A stretch of DNA of 64,000 bases from Conexibacter sp. (GTDB lineage: Bacteria > Actinomycetota > Thermoleophilia > Solirubrobacterales > Solirubrobacteraceae), in NCBI GenBank assembly GCA_045805465.1, contig JBJMLB010000114.1:2375-66374 (forward strand). The letters run 5' to 3'. Shown here in pieces: positions 17,688 to 26,752 of the stretch (the stretch's first letter is position 1; each line of letters begins with the position of its first letter). A model generated the notes under the pieces. It made no database searches. It was not told where the DNA came from and saw only the letters and a program-made list of their open reading frames with translations. The translations under genes were made by a program, and so were the position numbers.

Positions 17688-18212
17688 ATGTCCATCGGCA
17701 AAACATTCCTCGGGCTGCTCCAGGCGGGTCCGAGCCACGGCTATGACCTCAAGCGGGCCTACGACGAGCGGTTCGGCCAGGAGCGGCCGCTCGCCTACGG
17801 CCAGGTGTACGCGACCCTCTCGCGGCTGCTGAGAAACGGACTGGTCGAGTTCGACGGCGTCGAGCCGGGCGGAGGGCCCGAGCGCAAGCGCTATGCCATC
17901 ACGGAGGCGGGTGTGGCCGACGTCGACATCTGGCTCGGCCAGCCCGAGCAGCCCGCAGGGCACCTGCAGAGCACGTTGTACGCCAAGGTCGTGCTCGCGC
18001 TGCTGACGGGCCGGCCCGCCGCCGCCGTCCTCGACACGCAGCGCGCCGAGCACCTGCAGGCGATGCGTGCCCTCACGCGCCGTAAGCAGGACGGCGACCT
18101 CGCCGACCAGCTCATCTGCGACCACGCGCTCTTCCATCTCGAGGCGGACCTGCGCTGGCTGGAGCTCACGGCCTCGCGGCTCGACGCGCTCGCCGAGGCG
18201 GTTGCGGCATGA
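17688..18212 (+). CDS. PadR-family transcriptional regulator
   Basis: FLGLLQAGPSHGYDLKRAYDERFG...YGQVYATLSRLLRNGLVE...KRYAITEAG is the canonical PadR wHTH. Confidence 0.9.
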   Translation: MSIGKTFLGLLQAGPSHGYDLKRAYDERFGQERPLAYGQVYATLSRLLRNGLVEFDGVEPGGGPERKRYAITEAGVADVDIWLGQPEQPAGHLQSTLYAKVVLALLTGRPAAAVLDTQRAEHLQAMRALTRRKQDGDLADQLICDHALFHLEADLRWLELTASRLDALAEAVAA

Positions 18213-18883
18213 CCGCCCTCCTCACCGCCTCGGCGTTGCGCAAGCGCTTCGGCGTCACCCCCGCGCTCGAGGACGCCGAGTTCACCATCGCCGCAGGCGA
18301 GGTGGTCGCCGTCATCGGGCCGTCGGGCTCGGGCAAGTCCACGTTGCTGCACTGCCTGGCCGGGATCGTCGTCCCCGACTCCGGCCGCGTGACGTTCGAC
18401 GGCGACGACGTCACCGCGATGTCGGACGCCCGCCGCAGCGCGTTGCGGCGCCACGCGTTCGGGTTCGTGTTTCAGTTCGGCCAACTCGTCCCCGAGCTCA
18501 GCTGCTTGGAGAACGTCGCGCTGCCGTTGCGCCTCGACGGCCTCGCCCGCGGCAAGGCAGAAGCGCAGGCGCGCGACTGGCTCGAGCGCCTCGAGGTCGG
18601 CGACGTCGCCGAGCACACGCCGGCGCACGTCTCTGGCGGTGAGGGCCAGCGTGTCGCCGTGGCCCGCGCGCTCGCGGTGCAGCCGCGCGTGGTGTTCGCC
18701 GACGAGCCGACCGGGGCGCTGGACTCGCTTAACGGCGAGCGCGTCATGCACCTCCTCAGCGACGCTGCCCGCGAGGTCGGCGCCGCCGTCATCCTCGTGA
18801 CCCACGAGGCGCGCGTCGCGGCGTACTCCGACCGCGAGGTCGTCGTGCGGGACGGGCGCACCCGCAGCCTCACGGCGTCATGA
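18209..18883 (+). CDS. ABC transporter ATP-binding protein (MacB/LolD-like)
   Basis: Walker A GPSGSGKST, signature VSGGEGQRVAVARAL and Walker B VVFADEPTGALD. The start overlaps padR's stop. Confidence 0.9.
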   Translation: MTALLTASALRKRFGVTPALEDAEFTIAAGEVVAVIGPSGSGKSTLLHCLAGIVVPDSGRVTFDGDDVTAMSDARRSALRRHAFGFVFQFGQLVPELSCLENVALPLRLDGLARGKAEAQARDWLERLEVGDVAEHTPAHVSGGEGQRVAVARALAVQPRVVFADEPTGALDSLNGERVMHLLSDAAREVGAAVILVTHEARVAAYSDREVVVRDGRTRSLTAS

Positions 18884-21162
18884 CGGGGCGCTGGCTGCAC
18901 GACGCGAGCCTCGGCGTCCGGCTCGCCCTCGCGGGCGGGCGGGGCGCGTGGATTCGCACGGTCTTGACGGCACTCGGCGTCGGGCTCGGAGTGGCGCTCC
19001 TGCTGCTGGCCGCGTCGTTCCCCAACGCACTCCACAGCCGCGACGCGCGCAGCGCCGCGTGGACGGACTCCCTCTCCGATTCGCTGAAGCCGAGCGACAC
19101 CACGCTCCTCGTCGGGAGGGCCGACACGACGTTCCGCCAGACCGGCATCCGCGGACGGCTCCTGCAGGCCGACGGCGACCACCCCGTCCTGCCGCCCGGG
19201 GTCGCGCGCCTGCCGCGGCCCGGCGAGGTCGTGATCTCGCCGAAGCTGCACGAGCTCCTCGGCGGCCCCGGCGGCGAGCTGCTGCGCGCCCGGCTGCCGC
19301 GGCGCGTGATCGGGACGATCGGCGACGCGGGGCTCGCCGGCCCGGGGGAGGCCGCGTTCTACGCCGGCTCCGACCGCCTGAGGGCGGATCGCAACGCAGG
19401 CCGCACCGACCGCTTCGGCGCCCTCTACGAGCGTGGCCCCTTCGACCCGATCCTCGCGCTGCTGGTCAACATCACGCTCGTGGTGCTCCTGCTGCCGGTG
19501 GCCGTCTTCGTCGCTGCGGCGGCACGCTTCGGCAGCGAGGAGCGCGACCGGCGGTTGGCGGCGCTGCGTCTCGTCGGCGCCGACGGGCACATGGTGCGCC
19601 GGATCGCTGCTGGCGAGTCGCTGGTCGGCGCCGCCGCCGGCCTCGGCGTCGGCACCGGCTTCTTCCTGCTCGCGCGGCAGCTCGTCCCGCACTTGTCAGT
19701 CGGATCGCTCAGCCTGTTCGCCGCCGACGTTCGCCCGTCGGCGCCGCTGGCCGCGCTCATCGCGATCTCCGTGCCGCTTCTGGCAGTCGTTGTGACGCAG
19801 GCCGCGCTGAGCCGGATCGCGATCGATCCGCTCGGCGTCGTGCGCCGCGGGCGCGAGCGGCGGCGGCGCGTCCTGTGGCGCGTGCTCGTCCCGCTGGCCG
19901 GCGTGCTGCTCCTGCTGCCGCTGCTCACGGTCCACACCGACGCCGGCGAGCGCTTCGATCCCTTCCAGACAGCCGCGGGGGTCGTCCTGGTGCTGGTCGG
20001 GATCACCGCGCTGCTGCCGTGGGCCGTCGAGGCCGCCGTACGGCGAATGGACGGGCGGCGCAGCGTCGCATGGCAGCTCGCGGTGCGGCGGCTGCAGCTC
20101 GACACCGGGACGTCGGCGCGGATCGTCAGCGGCATCGCGGTGGCCGTCGCGGGCGCGATCGCGCTGCAGACGCTCTTCGGCACCGTGACCCGGGACCGCA
20201 CCTACGAGACCGGCGTCGACATGCATGCCGTGCAGGTGCAGGCGAGCTTCCCGGCGGGCATCGGGCGCGCCGACGTCGGCCGTCGCCTGGCGGCGACTCC
20301 CGGCGTGCGCTCGGTGGTGACGTGGGCCATGACGAGCGCGATCGACCGTGCTGGCAACGAGGTGGCCCTTGCGATCGCCGACTGCGCGACGCTGCGGCGG
20401 ATGGCCGTGATCGGCGCGTGCGGCGAGGGCGACGCCTTCCACGCCGGCAACACGGACGGGCCGCCGACCGGCAGAGCCGGCAACACGCTGACTGTCGACC
20501 GTGACCGTGCGGCGACGCTGACGCTCCCGGCCTCGACCCACGGCGTCGCGCTGCGGCCTGTGGTCGGCGGGATGCTGGTCGGCGGCGTGCTGCTGACGCC
20601 CGGCGCCGCCGCCCACGGGATCGACCCGGCGGCGGCGACGGCATATGCGAGCATCGCGCTGGAGCGGGTCGGCCGGGACGACGCGCTCGAGCGCGTGCGC
20701 AACACGGCCGTGGCGCTCGCACCGACCGCCACAGTGGTCGAGCTGGGCCAGACGACCGACGACCGCGACTTGAACGCCATCCGCACGGCGATCACGGCGG
20801 GCGCGATCTGCGTGCTTGTCCTGATCGCGGCGAGCATGGTCGTCAGCGCGCTGGAGCAGCTCAACGCGCGCCGCCGGCTGCTGGCCGCGCTGGTCGCGCT
20901 GGGAACGCCCCAGGGGACGCTGCACCGCTCGGTGCTCCTGCAGACGGCGGTGCCGGTCGTGCTCGGGCTCGCACTTGCGCTCGTTACCGGCGTCGGGCTC
21001 GGTGCGTTCCTGCTGCGATTGATCGGCGAGCCCGTCCGGTTCTCCGCAGGCCCGCTGCTCGGCATCCTCGCGGCCGGCCTGGCCGTCGTCCCGGTCGTGA
21101 CGCTGCTGACCGCGCCGGCCCTGCGGCGGCTGACTCGGCCCGACGGACTGCGGATGGAGTGA
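18880..21162 (+). CDS. FtsX-like ABC transporter permease (two FtsX domains, 760 aa)
   Basis: ATGA overlap with the ATPase gene. It has multiple TM clusters separated by large extracytoplasmic domains, an architecture typical of actinobacterial PadR-associated ABC exporters. Confidence 0.8.
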   Translation: MTGRWLHDASLGVRLALAGGRGAWIRTVLTALGVGLGVALLLLAASFPNALHSRDARSAAWTDSLSDSLKPSDTTLLVGRADTTFRQTGIRGRLLQADGDHPVLPPGVARLPRPGEVVISPKLHELLGGPGGELLRARLPRRVIGTIGDAGLAGPGEAAFYAGSDRLRADRNAGRTDRFGALYERGPFDPILALLVNITLVVLLLPVAVFVAAAARFGSEERDRRLAALRLVGADGHMVRRIAAGESLVGAAAGLGVGTGFFLLARQLVPHLSVGSLSLFAADVRPSAPLAALIAISVPLLAVVVTQAALSRIAIDPLGVVRRGRERRRRVLWRVLVPLAGVLLLLPLLTVHTDAGERFDPFQTAAGVVLVLVGITALLPWAVEAAVRRMDGRRSVAWQLAVRRLQLDTGTSARIVSGIAVAVAGAIALQTLFGTVTRDRTYETGVDMHAVQVQASFPAGIGRADVGRRLAATPGVRSVVTWAMTSAIDRAGNEVALAIADCATLRRMAVIGACGEGDAFHAGNTDGPPTGRAGNTLTVDRDRAATLTLPASTHGVALRPVVGGMLVGGVLLTPGAAAHGIDPAAATAYASIALERVGRDDALERVRNTAVALAPTATVVELGQTTDDRDLNAIRTAITAGAICVLVLIAASMVVSALEQLNARRRLLAALVALGTPQGTLHRSVLLQTAVPVVLGLALALVTGVGLGAFLLRLIGEPVRFSAGPLLGILAAGLAVVPVVTLLTAPALRRLTRPDGLRME

Positions 21163-21274
21163 GCGAGCTTCGGGATCGAGCGGGCTCGTCTGCTGCACCA
21201 CGCTTGCCTTGCCGCAAATCCTGGCCGGAGGTCAGACAAGCTCGCGCTGCTCCTGGTGATGACCGACTGCTTCG

Positions 21275-21345
21275 GGTCGCGGGTTCGAATCCCGCCCCCG
21301 CTATAGATGAGGGCCCCGTGAGAGCGGGGCTTTTGTCGTTCTGGG
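21275..21345 (+). repeat. direct repeat copy 2 (orphan tRNA-fMet 3' fragment plus terminator)
   Basis: GGTCGCGGGTTCGAATCCCGCCCCCGCTA followed by GGCCCCG-TGAGA-GCGGGGCTTTTGTCGTTCTGGG. There is no tRNA 5' half upstream. Confidence 0.85.
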
Positions 21346-21643
21346 GGTCGGTGCGGGCGGCTGTGGGGCAACGGATGGGGCAACGTGCGGGCGTGAAACC
21401 TCAGGTGAGGATCGCGCAAATGGTTCTGCAGGTGATGGCGGCTTGTGCGGTCGTCGCCCTGGTCCATGTGCGCTGCTGTAAGTGACGTCCCGCGGATGCG
21501 GCTGTCGAGAGCATCGGGCCGGCGATGTCTTGGAGGCGTTTGAGGCCGACGCGGAAGCCGTGGCCCCGTGAGACGGCGGCGGACGCCGGGGTCCGGCGGC
21601 TGCACGTCTGCTCGGACGAGCGTGTGGCGGTAGCCTCGCCGCT

Positions 21644-22246
21644 ATGGGAGCAGCCGGCGAGCGACGTGTCACCGGCCTGGTCCTGGCTGCCGGCGCGGGG
21701 CGCCGCTTCGGCGCGATCAAGCAGTTGGCTCCGCTGCACGGCCGTCCGCTGATCGAGCACGCGCTGCGGACGATGGCGGCGGTGCCGGAGCTCGACGAGG
21801 TCGTCGTCGCGCTCGGCGCGCATGCGCAGGAGATCGTCGCGCGCGCCGACCAGCACGGTGCGCGGCCGTTGTTCGTGGAGGCGTGGGAGGAGGGGCAGGC
21901 GGCGTCGCTGCGTGCCGCAGTCGCGGCGTTGTCGCCGCAGGTCGGCGCGCTGCTGGTGACGCTCGGCGATCAACCGGCCGTCGGCCAGCGGGAGATCGCA
22001 CGCGTGCTCGCGGCGGGCGGCGCGAGCGAGCTGGTCGCTGCTCGCGCGGTGCATGCGGGCGTGCCCGGCCATCCGGTGCTGCTGAAGCGGCCGCTGTTCG
22101 CTGCGCTGTCGCTGCTGCATGGCGACCGCGGTGCGCGCACCGTCCTCGACGGGGTGGAGGTGTTGGAGGTCGAGTGCGGCCCGGGGGCGGTGCTCGACGT
22201 CGACACGCCGACGCAACTCTCCGAGTTGGAGCGGCCGCGCGGCTGA
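21644..22246 (+). CDS. mocA: molybdenum cofactor cytidylyltransferase (MocA-like nucleotidyltransferase)
   Basis: VTGLVLAAGAGRRFGAIKQLAPLHGRPLIEHAL...LVTLGDQP supports the call. The gene is adjacent to xdhC and the Mo-hydroxylase genes. Confidence 0.8.
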   Translation: MGAAGERRVTGLVLAAGAGRRFGAIKQLAPLHGRPLIEHALRTMAAVPELDEVVVALGAHAQEIVARADQHGARPLFVEAWEEGQAASLRAAVAALSPQVGALLVTLGDQPAVGQREIARVLAAGGASELVAARAVHAGVPGHPVLLKRPLFAALSLLHGDRGARTVLDGVEVLEVECGPGAVLDVDTPTQLSELERPRG

Positions 22247-22250
22247 CCGT

Positions 22251-23366
22251 TCAGTCGCGCTGGCGCCGGATCGGCTCGGCGTTGTCGCGCAGCGGGCCGC
22301 CGCGGCGGTCGGCGCGGTCGGCGACGATCTCGGCGAGGACGGAGAGCGCCGTCTCCTCCGGCGTCGCGCTGCCGATGTCGAGCCCGCAAGGGGCGTGGAG
22401 GCGTTCGAGCTGCGCGCCGGTCACACCGGCTGCGCGCAGCCGGCGCTCGCGATCGGCGGTCGTACGCCGGCTGCCGAGCGCGCCGACGTAGCCGGCGTCG
22501 GTGGCGAGCGCGGCGACCACGGCCGGCACGTCGAGCTTCGGGTCGTGGCTGAAGACGAGGACCGCGTCGCGTGGGCCGAGCTGCCGGCCGGCGAGTGTCT
22601 CCGCGGGCCAGCCGATCCGCACCTCGGCGACCTGCGAGAAGCGCGGCGAGCGCGCGAACGCGGCGCGCGGGTCGGAGATCGTGACGCGATAGCCGAGCCC
22701 CTGCGCGAGGCGCGCCAACGCGGCGGAGAAGTCGATCGCGCCGAACACGATCAGCTGCGGGGGGAGCGCGTGCGTGTGCAGGTGGACGCGCTGCTCCGCG
22801 CCGAGCTTGGAGCCGTCCAGGCCGTAGCGCAGCAGCGCGCCGCCACCCTGGGTCAGCAGGCCCAGCAGGTCCTGCGCGACGTTGCGGTCCAGCAGCTCGC
22901 CGCCGCCGAGCGAGCCGACCGGCTCGCCGTCCACGACGGCGAGCTTCGCGCCCGCCCGCTCGCCGTCGAGCAACGTCGCCAGTCCCGCCGCGCGGCCGTC
23001 GCGCATCGCCGCAAGGAAGGCTGCGACGGGAGCGGCACAGGCGGCGTCGAGCGTCTGGACGAAGACGTGCACCGTCCCGCCGCACGTCAGCCCGGCGGTG
23101 CCGGCCAGCTCGTCGGAGATCCCGTAGGTGGCCAGCACGGGTGGCAGGTGCTCGCGCAGAATCGCCTGCGCCTCGTGGACCACGGCGCTCTCCACGCACC
23201 CGCCGGTGATCGAGCCCTCGATCGCCCCGTCGGCGCCGACGAGCATCGTCGCCCCGGGCGACAGCGGCGCCGAGCCCTCGACGTCCACGAGCACGGCGAT
23301 CGCGAAGCGCCGGCCGTCGCGCAGCCACTCCAGCGCCGTCGCGGCGGTTAGGCTCGTCGCGCGCAT
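22251..23366 (-). CDS. XdhC/CoxI-family Mo-hydroxylase maturation protein
   Basis: N-terminal XdhC_CoxI domain (FAIAVLVDVEGSAPLSPGATMLV..DGAIEGSITGGCVE) plus a C-terminal Rossmann-like domain (LIVFGAIDFSAALARLA..LGYRVTISDPR). Confidence 0.85.
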   Translation of the reverse strand: MRATSLTAATALEWLRDGRRFAIAVLVDVEGSAPLSPGATMLVGADGAIEGSITGGCVESAVVHEAQAILREHLPPVLATYGISDELAGTAGLTCGGTVHVFVQTLDAACAAPVAAFLAAMRDGRAAGLATLLDGERAGAKLAVVDGEPVGSLGGGELLDRNVAQDLLGLLTQGGGALLRYGLDGSKLGAEQRVHLHTHALPPQLIVFGAIDFSAALARLAQGLGYRVTISDPRAAFARSPRFSQVAEVRIGWPAETLAGRQLGPRDAVLVFSHDPKLDVPAVVAALATDAGYVGALGSRRTTADRERRLRAAGVTGAQLERLHAPCGLDIGSATPEETALSVLAEIVADRADRRGGPLRDNAEPIRRQRD

Positions 23367-23433
23367 GCTCCAGCCCTCATCCGGAGTGTCGAGACGCTGG
23401 CAGGGATTGGTTCGATGATGGACAGCATCCTAT

Positions 23434-23450
23434 CTTTGTATTACATTGGA
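23434..23450 (-). promoter_or_regulatory. candidate GntR/HutC operator, copy 1 (upstream of gntR)
   Basis: CTTTGTATTACATTGGA is the exact reverse complement of 26682-26698. The core TGTA-T-TACA fits the GntR-family GT-Nx-AC half-site rule. Confidence 0.55.
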
Positions 23451-23474
23451 CGAAATGTGGGAGGCTAGGGGACG

Positions 23475-24236
23475 ATGGACACGATCTTGAAGCCGATCGA
23501 CGGGAAGCCGCCGTTGGGGAGGCTCGACAGCCGCCTGCTCGCCGGTCGTGCTCGCGCCGAGATCCTCCAAGCGATCTTCGACGGCCGCTTCGAGTCCAAG
23601 CTGCCCAACGAGGACCGGCTCGCCGAGATGCTCGACGTGAGCCGCACGACGGTGCGCACGGCGCTGCAGGGTCTCGAGCGCGACGGCATCATCACGCGTC
23701 GTCGCTCGATCGGCACGATCATCAACAAGCACGTACGACCGTCCTCCCTCGCGTTGCAGCGGCTCGTCGGCTTCGACACCCTGCTGTCCGAGCGAGGCTA
23801 TGACGTCAAGACCGAGGTGTCTTCCCATTGGGGTCCCGCGGGTGCCGAGCTGGCCGCGATCTTCGGCATCGACGCTGACGAGGAGTGCCTGCTGGTGGAG
23901 AAGGCGTATCGCGCCGACGAGACGCTCCCGCTGGTGATCACCGATGCGATCCCGGCCGCGCAGATCCTCGACCGCGAGACCTCAGATCGCGACATGGACG
24001 CCTCGCTGTTCACGTTCAGCGAGCGGCGCTGTCGTGCGGCGATCCATCACGCCGTCGTCAAGCTGATCCCCAGAGTCAAGACGCGCAAGCCGAGCACCAA
24101 GCTGGAGATCCCGGTGGGGACCGCGTTCCTGCGACTGCACGAGGTGCACTACTCCAGCGCGGGCGAGCAGGTCGCATTCTCCGTCATCGACTTCGACGAC
24201 AGCTACATCCAGCTGGAAGTCGCGCGCACCGCATGA
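23475..24236 (+). CDS. GntR-family (HutC/UTRA subfamily) transcriptional regulator
   Basis: LPNEDRLAEMLDVSRTTVRTALQGLERDGIITRRRSIGTII is the wHTH. A UTRA-like effector domain follows. Confidence 0.85.
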   Translation: MDTILKPIDGKPPLGRLDSRLLAGRARAEILQAIFDGRFESKLPNEDRLAEMLDVSRTTVRTALQGLERDGIITRRRSIGTIINKHVRPSSLALQRLVGFDTLLSERGYDVKTEVSSHWGPAGAELAAIFGIDADEECLLVEKAYRADETLPLVITDAIPAAQILDRETSDRDMDASLFTFSERRCRAAIHHAVVKLIPRVKTRKPSTKLEIPVGTAFLRLHEVHYSSAGEQVAFSVIDFDDSYIQLEVARTA

Positions 24237-26563
24237 GCGCAGCGACCACACGCGGGAGGACGGCTGCGGTCGGGCGGGCGCTGCCTCGCCGCGAGGATCG
24301 CCCGCTGCTGACGGGGAGCGGGCGTTTCATCGGCGACATGGCGCTGCCGGGGATGGTCCACGCGGCCTTCCTCCGCAGCCCGATGGCGCATGCGCGGATC
24401 ACGGCCGTGGACGTCGGGCAGGCCGCCGCGGCTCCTGGCGTGCACGCCGCCGTCGCCGCCGCGCAGCTGCCGCTCGCGCCGCTGCACACGCCGATCGCCA
24501 ACCCCGACGCGTGGAGCCCGCCCCGGCCGCTGCTGGCCGACGATCGGGTGCGCTTCGTTGGCGAGCCGGTCGCCGTCGTCGTCGCAGACGACGCATACCT
24601 GGCCGAGGACGCCGCCGAGCTCGTCGAGGTCGACTACGAGGGGCTGCCGGTCGTCGGCGACCCGGTCGCCGCCTGCGAGCCGGACGCCCCGCGCCTGCAC
24701 GACGCGCACCCCAACGCGATCTACGATCACCGCTTCGAGCATGGCGAGCCCGACGCCGCCTTCGCGCGCGCCGCGATCGTCGTCGAGCGCGAGTTCCGCA
24801 ACCCGCGCTTGTCCGCGACACCGATGGAGGGCCGCGGAGTGCTGGCCGCGCCGGAAGGCGACGGGGTCGTCGTGTGGTCCTCGTCGCAGGGGCCGCACCG
24901 GCTCGCGACGCTGCTCGCGGAGCTGCTCGAGCTCGACCAGGCGCAGGTGCGAGTCGTCTGCCCCGACATCGGCGGCGGCTTCGGGCAGAAGGCGCACGTC
25001 TACCCCGAGGAGGTCGTGGTCGCCTGGCTCGCGCTGAAGTTGCAGCGGCCGGTGCGCTGGCTCGAGGATCGCGTGGAGAACCTGCTCGCCTCCAGCCACG
25101 CGCGCGACCAGCGAGTGCGCGTGCGGGTCGGGGCCGACGCTGAGGGCCGGCTGCTCGCGATCGAGGCGGACGTCGTCTGTGACCAGGGCGCGTATGGCAT
25201 GTTCCCGCACGGGCACCTCCTCGAGGCGCTCGGGACGCCGGCGATGATCCCCGGCCCCTACCGGCTGGAGCACTATCGCTTCCGCTCGCGCGCGGTGGCG
25301 ACGAACAAGGCGCCCGAGGGCGCCTACCGCGGCGTCGGGCTGCCGGTGTCGGCGTTCGTGCACGAGCGCGTGATGGACATCCTTGCCGGCGAGCTCGGGA
25401 TCGACCGCGCGGAGATTCGCCGCCGCAACCTCCTGACGCGCGACGAGCTGCCGCGCGTCACCCCGACGAGCCAGCGCTACGACTCCGGCGACTACCCGGC
25501 GGCGCTCGAACGGGCACTCGAGCTCGCCGACTACTCCGGGCACCTCGAGCGTCGCGACGCCGCCCGCGCCGAGGGCCGGCTGAGCGGGCTCGGGATCTCC
25601 TGCTATGTCGAGTACACGGGCGTCAACTCGAACGTCTTCCAGGGCCGGGGGATGGTCGGGATCGCCGGATACGACGGTGCGCACGTCGCGCTCGAGGAGA
25701 GCGGGACGGTGCGCGTCTGGACGACGCTGCCGGCGATCGGCCAGGGCAACGAGACCACCTTCGCCCAGGTCGTCGCCGACGCGGTGGGCACCGACGTCGA
25801 GCGCGTCGCGATCGCGCTGCCGGACACGTCGGTCGGCGGACTGCACGGCACCGGGACGTTCGCGAGCCGCAGCGCGATCTCGGGCTCGGGCGCCATCATC
25901 GAGGCGGGCGGCGAGCTCCGGCGCCGGCTGCTGGAGGACGCGGCGGAGCGCCTGGACACCAGCCCCGGCGAGCTCGAGCTGCGCGGCGACGAGGTCGGCG
26001 TCGTGGGCTCCCCGGAGCGCGCGATCGCACTGCGCGACCTGCTCGCCGACGCGCCGCCGGAGCGCTACCGCGTCTCGGCCACGTTCGACCCGCCGGCGCT
26101 CGCCTACCCGTACGCGACCCACGTGGTCGAGGTCGAGGTCGACCCCGACGTCGGATCGGTGGAGATCGTGCGCTACGTGATCGTCGAGGACTGCGGGACG
26201 GTGATCAACCCGCTCGTCGTGGAGGGCCAGATCCACGGCGCCACCGCCCAGGGAATCGGCGGCGCGCTCCTGGAGGAGCTCGTGTACGGCGAGGACGGGC
26301 AGCTGATCACGGCGTCGCTGATGGACTACCTCGTGCCGACCGCCTCCGAGATGCCGGCCTTCGAGGTCGACCACCTCGCGATCCCGGCGCCCGACAACCC
26401 GACCGGCGTCAAGGGCGTCGGGGAGGGTGGGACGCTCGCGCCGCCGGGCGCGCTGGCGAACGCCGTCGGCGACGCGGTGGGCCATGAGATGAACGAGCTC
26501 CCGCTGCGCCCGGAGACCGTGCGCGCCGCTGCGCAGCGACAGCTGTCGCCGCTCGTCGCGTGA
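24233..26563 (+). CDS. xanthine dehydrogenase/CoxL-family molybdopterin-binding large subunit (orphan: no adjacent FAD or 2Fe-2S subunits)
   Basis: VGRALPRREDRPLLTGSGRFIGD..., APEGAYRGVGLP and GVKGVGEGGT support the family. ATG 24233 overlaps the gntR stop (ATGA). Confidence 0.85.
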   Translation: MSAATTRGRTAAVGRALPRREDRPLLTGSGRFIGDMALPGMVHAAFLRSPMAHARITAVDVGQAAAAPGVHAAVAAAQLPLAPLHTPIANPDAWSPPRPLLADDRVRFVGEPVAVVVADDAYLAEDAAELVEVDYEGLPVVGDPVAACEPDAPRLHDAHPNAIYDHRFEHGEPDAAFARAAIVVEREFRNPRLSATPMEGRGVLAAPEGDGVVVWSSSQGPHRLATLLAELLELDQAQVRVVCPDIGGGFGQKAHVYPEEVVVAWLALKLQRPVRWLEDRVENLLASSHARDQRVRVRVGADAEGRLLAIEADVVCDQGAYGMFPHGHLLEALGTPAMIPGPYRLEHYRFRSRAVATNKAPEGAYRGVGLPVSAFVHERVMDILAGELGIDRAEIRRRNLLTRDELPRVTPTSQRYDSGDYPAALERALELADYSGHLERRDAARAEGRLSGLGISCYVEYTGVNSNVFQGRGMVGIAGYDGAHVALEESGTVRVWTTLPAIGQGNETTFAQVVADAVGTDVERVAIALPDTSVGGLHGTGTFASRSAISGSGAIIEAGGELRRRLLEDAAERLDTSPGELELRGDEVGVVGSPERAIALRDLLADAPPERYRVSATFDPPALAYPYATHVVEVEVDPDVGSVEIVRYVIVEDCGTVINPLVVEGQIHGATAQGIGGALLEELVYGEDGQLITASLMDYLVPTASEMPAFEVDHLAIPAPDNPTGVKGVGEGGTLAPPGALANAVGDAVGHEMNELPLRPETVRAAAQRQLSPLVA

Positions 26564-26656
26564 GCTGAGCAGACGCAGCGACGGGGTGTCCGCCGGGCAG
26601 GCGGCCGCCGCGATGCCGTGCGCTCACGCGCCAACTCTCGCGTCCCGCGAAAAAGC

Positions 26657-26698
26657 GAGTCAAAGGTATTGACTCGTAAAGTCCAATGTAATACAAAG
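26657..26698 (+). promoter_or_regulatory. promoter/operator region of the BMP-ABC operon (19-nt palindrome plus GntR operator copy 2)
   Basis: GAGTCAA-AGGTA-TTGACTC (26657-26675) contains the -35-like TTGACT. TCCAATGTAATACAAAG (26682-26698) follows. The patch is AT-rich within a GC-rich intergenic region. Confidence 0.55.
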
Positions 26699-26752
26699 CA
26701 CAGCACGGTCCCAGATGGGCCCGCTTTGTTTCGACCGAGGAGAGATTGGGCG

